From Squalus acanthias (taxonomy: Eukaryota): DNA of 64,000 nt. This document shows positions 53,249-64,000 of the stretch, piece after piece (the stretch's first letter is position 1; every line of letters starts with the position of its first letter). The stretch covers positions 135,224,001 through 135,288,000 of the forward strand of contig CM059432.1 in assembly GCA_030390025.1 (NCBI GenBank). The letters run 5' to 3'. The position numbers and the translations under genes were made by a program. The notes below the pieces were generated by a model. That model had not been told where the DNA came from, ran no database searches, and saw only the letters and a list, made by a program, of their open reading frames with translations.

Positions 53249-54547
53249 TTACCACATTCTCCCTCCATTTCGTAGCCGCTGGACGAGGGAGAGCCGCACC
53301 CGTTTGGGTTCTCGTAGCGGTAGAGGGCCCCTAGCCCGTTTACCCGCCGCGGGCCGTGGACCAGAGTCCGAGTGATCCAGCCCGCTCTGTGAGGGGTCAG
53401 GACGATTCTGACTGTGTACTGGTGCCCGAACGGGTATCGGGCAGGGCTGTGGCAGATCCGTTTCCGAGCGTATGGTACGGGGTGGATCGTGGCTGCGCGT
53501 GCGAGCCCCGACGGGCTCATAGTCAGTCTGCCCCAGGTCGGCACGCTGGAGTGAGGTACCAGCCGGCGTCAGATCCAGATCGTGATGAGAGGCACCTGGC
53601 GAGCCCAGAGATGTGCCTGGTACAATATCATCCCCTGGTGTCCCTCTATGTTTCGGCGGGCAGGGAGCCAGATCCCGCAATGACACGGTAGATTCCCGAC
53701 CGTCAGGATACCGAATATAGGCGTAGGTAGGGTTGACATCAGTGAGCTCAACCTCATCTACCAGGGGGTCATTCTTAGACGCCCGAACATATCTTCGGAG
53801 TAGCACTGGTCCCGGTGCAGTCAGCCACGACGGGAGAGATATCCCATAGGATGAGCGACGCTGAAATCGGAAGAACCGTTCATGAGGCGTCGTATTTGTG
53901 GCGGTCGAAAGGAGGGACCGTGTGGAGTGTAATGCGTCTGGAAGTACTGCTTCCCATTGCTGGTTGGGTAGGCCCCGAGATCTCAAAGCCAGACGTACCG
54001 CATTCCAGATGATAGCGTTAAAACGCTCGACTTGCCCATTCCTGACCGGATGATAAGGCGTCGTTCTGCTGGCAGCAATACCCCGTTCCGAGAGATAGGC
54101 CTTGAGTTCTCCTGACATAAAAGAAGGGCCCCGATCCGAATGAACATAGGATGCCATGCCACAGAAAGCAAATACCTGCTCAAGGCAGCTGATAACCGTG
54201 GTCGTCAGCATATTGGGGCAGGGAAAGGCAAATGGAAAACGGGAATACTCATCGACCATGGTCAATAGATAAGTGTTGCGAGTTGAAGAGGGCAACGGCC
54301 CCTTAAAATCGATGCTAAGCCGTTGCATTGGCTGGGTCGCATGTATGAGTATACCACCCGAGGGGCGGAAAAACTGAGGTTTCAATTCCGCACAGACTCT
54401 GCAGTCCGAGCACATCTTCTTTACATCCCCGGTAGAGAATGGGAGATTTTGGGACCGCACGAAGTGTAGCATGCGAGTAACGCCCGGATGACACAACCCA
54501 TCATGGATGTCTACGAGCATAGAGGGTGCCATGGCGGAGCAGAATGC
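53249..54547 (-). pseudogene. Gypsy integrase (same frame as RT/RH, separated by one TGA)
   Basis: HHCC (H..HPG...CSDCRVC), IDFKGP, HSDRG and GQVERFN DDE-core motifs; no chromodomain recognised. Confidence 0.9.
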
Positions 54548-56614
54548 TCATGTGAGGGTATCCGGAGCCACATTCTCCTTGCCAGGTCGATAGTGGATGG
54601 TGTAACCAAAAGAGGCCAATTCCAGCCGCCAAAGCTGGATTTTATTATTTTTAATTTTGGTCCGTTTTCGATTATCGAGCATGAAGGCGACCGATCGCTG
54701 GTCCGTGATTAAGGTAAAGTGCTGGCGAGCTAGGAGATGAGTCCACTTCCGTACTGCCTCTATGATGGCTGTAGCTTCTTTCTCGACTGGAGGATAATGT
54801 AGCTCAGCCCCTTGAAAAGTCCTGGACAAAAATGCCACCGGACGACCTTCCTGATTCAGAGTGGCCGAGATCGCCACCTCCGAGGCATCACACTCAACAA
54901 CAAAAGGAAGACTCTCATCGATGGAGTGAAGAGCCGCTTTCTCCAACTGTTTTTTCAGGAGGTTAAAGGCTGCAACAGCCGCTGTGTCTAGTGGGAATGT
55001 GCTGGCCTTCAGTAGAGGTTGGATTCGGTCCGAGAAGTTAGGAATCCATTTAGCATAGTATGCAAACAGGCCGAGGGCCCGGCGCAAGGAGGCCGGATTC
55101 TTAGGTGGTGGGAGTTCTTGGAGTGGGCGAAGCCTTTCAGGGTCAGGTTTAATGATGCCATTGCCCACACAATAGCCAAGGATGTTGATGGTTGGTTGTG
55201 ACTCAATGGATTTAGCCGCATTTAATGTCAAATTACGGTGCTGGAGTGCATCCCAAAATCGTTGGAGATTGGCGTCATGTTCCCGCTGATTGCGACCTGC
55301 GACAGTAATATTGTCCAGATAAGGAAACGTATCCTTTAAGTCTTCCTGTTTGACCAGGTCATCCATTGCTCGCTGGAAGACAGCCACTCCATTAGTGACC
55401 CCAAAGGGGAGGCGACGAAATTGATACAGCCGTCCATTGGCTTCAAAGGCCGTATACTGCTTGTCTGAGACCTTCAAGGGTACCTGATGATAGGCACTTT
55501 TCAGATCATATGTTGAGAACACCGTGTACTCAGCCAATTTATTAACCATATCATCGATGCGCGGCAATGGGTATGCGTCCAAGTCCGTATATTGATTGAT
55601 GGTCTGTGAATAGTCAATGCACAGCCGTTTCTTGTGAGGTTGTAGAGGGTTCTTAACAATAACGACCTGGGCGCGCCATGGCGACGAACAAGGCTCGATG
55701 ATATCCTCTGCTAAAAGCCGAGAAATCTCAGCCGCAATAAAAGACTGGTCTTCCTGACTGAAACGTCGTGACTTTGTTATAATCGGTTTGCATCGAGGAG
55801 GGATACTGGTAAACAGTGAGGGTTCATCCAGTGAAGCTGCTGACAATGCACAGAACGGTAATCGAGGTCGTATATTAGAAATAGTGAGTTCAGGTTTGGA
55901 TCCGCCGAACTCAATGGTGAGCTTCTTATGCTGCTTTTGAAAATCTAGCCCTAAGATAAGATCACTACATAAGTCCTTGAGCACCGAAAGCCGGGTGGAG
56001 GGATACCTGTGACCATTAAGTGTTATTTCAACCATACAAAAGCCAGAAATTCTGGTATTAAGTGATGACTGAGCCATCGCAATTGCCTGGTCCGATGGGA
56101 AAACATGTAGCTTTAACTCTGCAACAATCTGTTCCCTAATGAAACTATCAGTGCTACCTGAGTCAATTAAGGCATCTAAAGTATGTCCATTAATTGATGC
56201 TTTTGTAGCTGCATGGAATAGGTTCTGAGGACAAGCAGCTGTAATTGGTGTCGTTGCACAAAGAGTGGCTGAAACTCTAGGTGTGTTTCTTCGAGAGAAA
56301 ACCCGAGAGGAAGCACGATAGATTTTAGCCGGAACATCTTGATAGGCCCTTACCGGGGCAGTTCGGTAGGACTTAGCTTGATAAGCCCTCGTAGAGGCTC
56401 TTGATAGGCAAACCTTTGCAAAATGACCCTTTTTGTTGCAATGACTGCAAAACGCATTGCGAGCAGGGCAGAATTTCCGAGGGTGAAACTCATCACCACA
56501 AAAGAAGCATTTCTTAGATTGCCAAGAGGCTGCCACAGTGGGGTCATCATCCTCTTCATCAGTGAAGTCATCAGATTGATCGTCAGGGATAAAGTCCTCC
56601 CTAATAGAGTTCAC
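54548..56614 (-). pseudogene. Gypsy Gag zinc knuckles + protease + reverse transcriptase + RNase H
   Basis: CFFCGDEFHPRKFC and CSHCNKKGHFAKVC knuckles, LIDSGS protease, RLCIDY/LPFGVTN/YLDN RT motifs, ECDAS RNase H. Ends at an in-frame TGA (54548-54550) where an Arg codon (PDTLT-R) is expected. Confidence 0.9.
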
Positions 56615-56624
56615 CTGTGGCCTC

Positions 56625-57197
56625 TTAAATTGCCTGACTGTAGTTAAGGCAGCAGAGAGGTCTGGGCACTGTATAAAGGTCTGTATTTCTTTTTGCCAGA
56701 TCTAGAGAGCAAGCCATGTCATAAGCTCTCTGAAGCTCAAGTGTCTTACTTTCCAGTAGACGCTGGCGTATAAATGGGGAGGCAAGCCCGCAGATGAAAG
56801 CATCATGGATCATTTCTTCACGGTACAGCTCAGCTGAGGCCGCCTGAAAGTTACAGTCCATACTAAGTCTGCGAAGCTCTTGGAGGAATTTATCAATGGA
56901 TTCCTCCGGCCCTTGTTGGGCTGTAGCTAGTAGATGTCTGGCATAGACCTCATTCGGTGTCTTAGTATATAGTCTTTTAAGCGTCCGAATTGCCTCCTCG
57001 TAACTGCCCCATTCCTCGACATACTGAAATACATTCAGGGTGACACAGTTGATGAGTATCCGCAATTTTGAGTCATCATCAGCCTTGCAATATTCGAGAA
57101 AATTGTCAAACGTGCGATACCAGTGTTTCCACACCTTACCGGCTGCTGGGGTGTTTGGGTCCAAGTCAAGACGCGATGGTTTAAGGATGTTTTCCAT
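56625..57197 (-). pseudogene. Gypsy gag N-terminal part (frame-shifted relative to the zinc-knuckle/pol ORF)
   Basis: ORF MENILKPSRLDLDP...ARHLLATAQQGPEESIDKF...DAFICGL, retrotransposon Gag-like. It is in a different frame from the downstream ORF, which is open across the overlap near 56660. Confidence 0.8.
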
Positions 57198-57275
57198 GAT
57201 GGGTGATTCCCTGGATCCTTAGTTCCGAGTTCGTCCAAAAAGTTTGAGTGCGAAGTTTTTCAAAGTTGATTAAAT

Positions 57276-57469
57276 TGTCGTAAGAATGAGCCTTACGCGT
57301 GGTGAACTTAAAGTAAGCTTTAATCAACTAAAAAGGCGCTACATACAAAAGAGGTCTTACTCTATGCCTCTCCAGGATCCAACTGATCAGCCCAGTATTT
57401 ATCCTGGACTAATCACAGGAAGTGATGTAATAAAGTTCGAGTCACAGGAAGCTGTATTGTGTTACCACA
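57276..57469 (-). repeat. 5' LTR of Gypsy element
   Basis: Direct repeat of 52992-53185; minus strand TGTGGTAAC...CTTACGACA, containing a GATAAATA TATA-like motif and ATTAAA. Confidence 0.95.
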
Positions 57470-57734
57470 CACACCATCCTGACTTGGACATATATCACCG
57501 GTCCTTCATCGTCGCTGGGTTAAAATCATGGAACTCCTTCCCTAACAGCACTGTGGGAGTACCTTCACCACACGGGCTGCAGCAGTTCAAGGCGGTGGCT
57601 CACCACCACCTTCTCAAGGGGAGCTAGGGATGGGCAATAAATGCAGTGAACTTCTGAGTTGTTCCAGCACAGTGACAGCAGACTTGTCTTAAATCATTCA
57701 GGTTCTAGATCTAAAACACATGTTATAGAAGAAG

Positions 57735-59297
57735 AAGAGCTTGCATTTCTATAGCGCCTTTCACAACATCCCAAAGTCCTTCACAGCCAATTAAGTATTT
57801 TTGAAGTGTAGTCACTCTTGTAATGTAGGGAAATATGGCAGCTAATTTGCGCACAGCAAGGTCCCACAAACAGCAATAAGATTAATTATCTGTTTGTTGG
57901 TTGAGAGATAAATATTGGCAAGGACATCTGGGAGAACGCTCCTGCTCTTCTTCATAAAGTGGGATCTTTTACATCCACCTGAGAGGGCAGACAGGGCCTT
58001 GATTTAACATTTTATCCAAAAGAAGGCACCTCCAACAACACAGCACTCTCTCAGTACTTCACTGAAGTATCAGCCTAGATTAAAAGCCCATGGGATCCAG
58101 GGCAACTTGGCACATTGGATCCAAAATTGGCTTAGTGGCAGGAGGCAGAGGGTGATGGTCGAAGGTTTTTTTTTGTTGACTGGAAGCCTGTGTCCAGTGA
58201 TGTACCGCAGGGATCGGTGCTGGATCCTTTGCTGTTTGTAGTGTACATTAATGATTTAGATATGAATGTAGGAGGTATGATCAGTAAGTTTGCAGATGAC
58301 ACGAAAATTGGTGGGGTGGTAAATAGCGAGGAGGGAAGCCTCGGGCTACAGGATGATATAGACGGGTTGGTCAGATGGGCAGAACAGTGGCAAATGGAAT
58401 TTAACCCTGAAAAGTGTGAGGTGATGCATTTTGGGAGGACTAACAAAGCAAGGGAATACACAATGAATGGTAGGACCCTAGGAAGGACAGAGGATCAGAG
58501 GGACCTTGGTGTGCATGTACATAGATCCCTGAAGGCAGCAGGACAGGTAGATAAGGTGGTTAATAAAGGCATATGGGATACTTGCCTTCATTAGCCGAGA
58601 CATAGAATATAAGAGCAGGGAGGTTATGATGGAGCTGTACAAAACGCTAGTTAGGCCACAGCTGGAATACTGTGTGCAGTTCTGGTCGCCACACTATAGG
58701 AAGGATGTGATTGCATTGGAGAGGGTGCAGAGGAGATTCACCAGGATGTTACCTGGGCTGCAGCGCTTCAGCTATGAAGAGAGACTGGACAGGCTGGGGT
58801 TGTTTTCCTTGGAGCAGAGAAGGCTGAGGGGGACCTGATTGAGGTGTACAAAATTATGAGGGGCATAGATAGGGTAGATAGAAAGGAACTTTTCCCCGTA
58901 GTAGAGGGGTCAATAACCAGGGGGCATAGTTTCAAGGTAAGGGGCAGGAGGTTTAGAGGGGATTTGAGGAAAAACTTTTTCACCCAGAGGGTGGTTGGAA
59001 TCTGGAACTCACTGCCTGAAAGGGTGGTAGAGGCAGGAACCCTCACAACATTCAAGAAGATGAGCACTTGAAACGCCATAGCATACAAGGCTACGGACCA
59101 AGTGCTGGAAAATGGGATTAAAATAGACAGGGCTTGATGGCCGGCACGGACATGATGGGCCGAAGGGCCTCTTTCTGTGCTGTATAACTCTATGATTCTA
59201 TGACTCTATTATGTGGTCAAGTTTCTGAAGTGGAGCTTGAACCTACAACCTTCTGACTCATAGGTGAGTGTGCTACCACTGAGCCATGGCTGACACT
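57735..59297 (-). mobile_element. SINE split by a CR1 3' fragment (58083-59206, + strand)
   Basis: SINE tail/core at 57735-58082 and tRNA head at 59207-59297 flank a CR1 RT fragment (PQGSVLDP, YINDL, FADD) that ends in a (TCTATGA)-type tail; junction repeat ATTA. Confidence 0.75.
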
Positions 59298-61334
59298 TGT
59301 TATAGGTAACGTTAACAGATTATCAGCGATATTCGAATAGTAGTGCACCTGTAAGTGGCTTGTGAGCACAATGTTATGTGAGTCATTAATTACTATGGAG
59401 CTCAGCTAATGTTAAGTGACAGCCATACTGTACTGAGCCAATGTTGCATTCTGATTAAATGCTTGAAACAATGTCACCACTGCTTGCAACTGAAGGCAAT
59501 ACATCTGTTCAATAAAGACCAATACTTCACTTATAACATTATGTTTATATGCACCTTAATTATTATTGTTATGATGCTGTGAATGTTTAAATTAGAGCCA
59601 CTGGAAATTCCCTATTAACTTATTGCAACTATTCCCATATTATTAATGCTTGAAATAACATGCTTCATCATTGCCCATTATCAACTTCTGAGATCATATT
59701 TATTATTTATACGCCCTTATGCCAGTGTACTACTTCATATATAGAGGTCGTCAATCATGCAGAATTGAACACTCTCCACTGAGAGCATCCCCATGTTGGC
59801 ACCAAGATCTTCCAAGTCAATGACCCTTGCTGGAAGTGCGTGTGTTCATTGTTGGGTGAGGAAGGGTTTGGGCATTGTCAAGGTTCACACAAAGACACCT
59901 GGGAAAAGTTCCAGAGGGCACCCATGGAAATGTATTCCACAAACAGGAGGGCAGGGGAAAAAATTGGTAAAAAGGAAAGAAAAATAACTGTTAAGGGCTG
60001 GTTAACGATTGCTAAAGGTTTGCGATAAGAAATATACAGCTTTCCTCGGGGGATGGAAGTGGAGGACGTGAAAGGAAATTGTGTCCTGAACTCCCATTCA
60101 GAACAGGAGTTAATCATATGAAGAAAAGGAAAACGTGGATGTATCAGCACATCATTGCCAAAAGTGAATTGAACAGAACATCTTCCAGGCCCCTAAAAGC
60201 AGGTATTGTGTTATTTCTTAGCTGAGTTCAGAGCAGCTATGGGAGAAGGCAGGCCATGAGTGATGAGGGCACAGGAGGAGGCAACCACCTACAGAACAAA
60301 CGACTCCAGTCTCTGTTATTTGTGCACGATGCACTGTTAGCAAGGACACCGTGATTCACATCTGCCCCATGGCTCGTGAAGCTCTTCAGGTACAAAGAAC
60401 CGAATTGCCCAACTGGTGACAATGTCACTCCTGTCCTCAATTAGGCTAAGAAATCCTTCCAGCCATCCACAGGTGACATTGCAGGAGTCAGTTCCCATGT
60501 CCTCCACTGCTGTACAGAGCAGGCAACTGAGGCAATTTTTTAAAAGTTGTTCTTGGGGTGTGGGTAACACTGATAAAGCTGCATTTTTTATTGTTCATCT
60601 CCAGTTGCCTTGATTGTGGTGGGCCTCCTCCTTCATTGGCTGCTGATGGTGCTCGGTAGGGAATTCCAGAATTTTCACCAAGCTGCAATGAAGGAACAGC
60701 AGTAAAGAAGAAAGAAAGAACTTACATTTATATAGCGCCTTTCACAACCTTAGGATGTCCCAAAGTGGTTTACAACCAATTAAGTACTTTTTTTTGATGA
60801 TGTCACTGTTGCAACGTAGGATCGCAGCAGCCAATTTGCGCACAGCAAGGTCCCACAAACAGCAATGAGATAATGACCAGATCATCTGTTTTAGTGATGT
60901 TGTTCGAGGGGTAAATATTGACCCCAGGACACCGGGGAGAACTTCCCTTGCTCTTCTTCAAAATAGTGCTGTGAAATCTTTTACTTCCACCTGAGGGGGC
61001 AGACAGGGCCTCGGTTTAACAACACATGAGGTAGAATTTCTGCAGGGGGTTCCCTGATCTTCCACCATAACGAAAGATCAGTGGAAGCCCCGGAGAAATG
61101 GAGGCAACAGCTGTTTCCCCATTTCCACCCAAGTTACGGCAAGGGATCAGGAGATCCCCCATGGAAATTCCAGACTTGTGCCTAAGTCAGGACAGTGTGT
61201 GTGTTGGAGGTGAGAGTGATCTCGCTGCCTTACTGCATACCCATCTCTAATTGAGTTAAGATCAGCAGGACAAAGGCATTGAGAGTTTTTATTTTAAACT
61301 CTGGTAGCAGGACAATGCTGACTGCATACATGCA

Positions 61335-62632
61335 AGTGGTCATGATGCAGAGATGCCGGTGTTGGACTGGGGTGGACAAAAATGAGAAGTCGCACAACAC
61401 CAGGTTATAGTCCAACAGTTTTATTTGAAATCACAAGCTTTCGGAGCTATCGATCGCCCCTTCCTCAGGTGAAGTAAAGAGATACAGAATCGCCAAAGCA
61501 TATATAGATAGAGAACAATGCATGTGTTACTTACAAAAGCAGACGACTACATTTAAATCACCCTGACTGTTTATCTGCCGAGGTGTGACAAAAGGCAATC
61601 AGGTCACATCAAAGACATAGCAAGATACAACTGAGACAATGAGGTGGAGCCACAGGGGGTCCAATGTGTCAAAAGCCGCAGTATGGGAAACGATAAACTT
61701 TAAAATTTTTACTTTTTTACTGGTAATCACATCTGTTAACAAGCCAACGATGACTCGAGTCTGGATCACGTCATGTATCGTGACATAAACCCAAGATCCC
61801 GGTTGAGGCCGTCCTCATGAGTGCGGAACTTGGCTATCAGTTTCTGCTCAATGATTTTGCGTTGTCGTGTGTTTCTAAGGCCGCCTTGGAGAACGCTTAC
61901 CCGCAGATCCGAGGCTGAATGTCCTTGACTCCTTGTCTACCTCATACGTTGCAGGAAAGAATGCACCGCGGCATGGTACATCGGCGAGACCATGCAGACA
62001 CTGAGACAACGTATGAACGGACACCGCGCAACAATCACCAGGCAGGAGTGTTCCCTCCCAGTCGGGGAACACTTCAGCAGTCAAGGACATTCAGCCTCGG
62101 ATCTGCGGGTAAGCGTTCTCCAAGGCGGCCTTAGAAACACACGACAACGCAAAATCATCGAGCAGAAACTGATAGCCAAGTTCCGCACTCATGAGGACGG
62201 CCTCAACCGGGATCTTGGGTTTATGTCACGATACATGACGTGATCCAGACTCGAGTCGGCGTTGGCTTGTTAACAGATGTGATTCCCAGTAAAAAAGTAA
62301 AAAAAATTTAAAGTTTATCGTTTCCCATACTGCGGCTTTTGACACATTGGACCCCCTGTGGCTCCACCTCATTGTCTCAGTTGTATCTTGCTATGTCTTT
62401 GATGTGACCTGATTGCCTTTTGTCACACCTCGGCAGATAAACAGTCAGGGTGATTTAAATGTAGTCGTCTGCTTTTGTAAGTAACACATGCATTGTTCTC
62501 TATCTATATATGCTTTGGTGATTCTGTATCTCTTTACTTCACCTGAGGAAGGGGCGATCGATAGCTCCGAAAGCTTGTGATTTCAAATAAAACTGTTGGA
62601 CTATAACCTGGTGTTGTGCGACTTCTCATTTT
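61335..62632. mobile_element. Penelope-like element fragment with inverted duplication (GIY-YIG C-terminus + pseudo-LTR)
   Basis: Arms 61377-61930 and 62079-62634 are near-perfect reverse complements. 61935-62243 encodes VYLIRC...WYIGETMQTLRQRMNGH...EQKLIAKFRTHEDGLN (GIY-YIG type). 12-bp TSD TGCATACATGCA (61323-61334, 62633-62644). Confidence 0.9.
62539..62580 (+). ncRNA. Minimal type I hammerhead ribozyme motif; mirror copy on minus strand at 61431-61472
   Basis: TCAC-CTGAGGA-A-GGGGC(gatcgata)GCTCC-GAAAGCT-T-GTGA. Confidence 0.72.
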
Positions 62633-63039
62633 TGCATACATGCAGCCATTTATGTGTCTACCAAAAATGCCATAGCTTAACTCAATAAGAACTATTAATG
62701 CATCATGACATAAATGGTATGTGATCTTTGGCCGGAAATCACGCACATCAATGCAAATCACCCATTACATCTATCCCCAACTTCCTCTAATGTACCTGTA
62801 TCAATGGCAGTGGACCACCTGTGTTGGAACAACTCAGAGGTTCAGTGCTTTATGAAGCTGTGCCTACCTTTGCTTGTACAGGGCTATGTGATGGCACAAG
62901 AGCCTGTAAACGGGCACTGGCGAACTGGTTGCGCCTGGGCTTTGTATGCATGTTGCTGCTCAAAAGCATGAGCTCATGAGGTCCTCTGATTTATGAATGT
63001 AGAACAGTGGGATTTGAGAGTCTTCTGAATCCCTCTAAT

Positions 63040-63540
63040 CATAGAACATTACAGCACAGAAGGAGGCCATTCAGCCCATTGTGGCTGTGCCGGCTCTTCG
63101 AAAGAGCTATCCAATTAGTACCATTCCCCTGTTCTTTCCCCATAGCCCTGCAATTTTCTCCCTTTCAAGTATATATCCAATTCCCTTTTAAGTTACTATT
63201 TAATCTGCTTCCACCACCCTTTCAGGCAGTGCATTCCAGATCATAATAACTCAGTGTGAAAAAAAATTCTCCTCATCTCACCTCTGGCTCTTTTGCCAAT
63301 TACCTTAAATCTGTGTCCTCTGGTTACTGACCCTTCTGCCAGTGGAAATAGTTTCTCCTTATTTAATCTATCAAAACCCTTCATGATTTTGAACACCTCT
63401 ATTAACTCTCCCCTTAACCTTCGCTGCTCTAAGGAGAACACTCCCAGTTTCTCCAGTCTCTCCACGTAACTGAAGTCCCTCATCCCTGGTACCATTCTAA
63501 TAAATCTCTTCTTCACTCTCTCCAAGGCCTTGACATCCTT
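63040..63540 (-). mobile_element. CR1 3' fragment; similar short ones at ~21350-21632, 24210-24495, 40530-41610, 44176-44525, 46395-46520
   Basis: KDVKALERVKKRF...FSLEQRRLRG translation and CR1 3' UTR. Confidence 0.75.
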
Positions 63541-64000
63541 GGTTGCTTCTGTGTGTTGTCCAAGAGTTGAACCTATCCACGACTGTTTGAGGCAAGTTCT
63601 CCAGATCATGTTCCACTGCCGTGGGTATCAGTTGTATGGAGGCAAGTGACTGCTCAACATAGTCTCGCCAATGCAGGTTACATCAAGGTCTATGGCTTGT
63701 TGGACCACCACCTTGCACTTGCTTGCCCCTAATCGTCGCCCACCTCTTCTGCTCCTTAATTACTATTCGGACTTCAGCTTTAAGGAAACAGTTCCCGTTC
63801 CATTACAAATTTCATATGGCTTGATTACTCAGTCATGTGACAAGATTGCCTCATTTTGATGGTTATTAATAAGCCAGGTAATATTTCACCACTTAGGCAA
63901 CTCAATTATTAATTACACTATCTGTACTGTTGTCAAAGCCTCAACATATTACGTGCATTATTCATGTAATTCCTATTGCTTTTAAATAATATTGTATCCC

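Larger units (their letters stand above)
52992..57469 (-). mobile_element. Full-length Ty3/Gypsy LTR retrotransposon (gag-PR-RT-RH-IN), recent insertion, coding-defective
   Basis: Two 194-bp TG...CA LTRs differing at one position; 5-bp TSD CACAC (52987-52991, 57470-57474); PPT next to the left LTR; domain order PR-RT-RH-IN. Inserted in an older LINE 3' remnant whose empty site aagtcacacaccatcc is seen at ~12295. Confidence 0.95.

Noticed and set aside
56615..56700. Programmed gag-pol ribosomal frameshift
   Set aside because: The frame change falls upstream of the Gag zinc knuckles and no clear slippery heptamer was seen; a mutational indel is more likely, pending comparison with other copies.

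Overview
Eukaryotic, repeat-rich vertebrate genomic DNA; the CR1, Deu-type SINE and Penelope repeat content suggests a cartilaginous fish (shark), which is an inference. The host gene is the 5' part of NFATC1 on the minus strand. It has two alternative first coding exons (alpha-type 'MKSAEE' at ~47.4 kb, beta-type 'MTSLCEDEEEFDFGFLFEFNQRD' at ~37.9 kb), the large regulatory-domain exon (22998-24132) and the first Rel-homology exon (15098-15257), all with consistent splice phases. Further exons were not found and probably lie left of the window. The rest is mostly mobile DNA: a young 4.5 kb Ty3/Gypsy LTR element (194-bp LTRs, 1 mismatch, 5-bp TSD), a near-full-length CR1 LINE plus many CR1/L2 fragments, two Penelope-like insertions forming near-perfect inverted repeats with minimal hammerhead ribozymes, TA-flanked Tc1/mariner-type MITEs, Harbinger-like MITEs and SINEs. 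The most interesting observations are (1) the Gypsy element lacks a tRNA primer-binding site and instead has an 11-nt complement to its own LTR (candidate self-priming), together with a YLDN RT motif and a doubled PPT/U3 junction, and (2) a shared, TSD-flanked, asymmetric hairpin architecture in both Penelope insertions.
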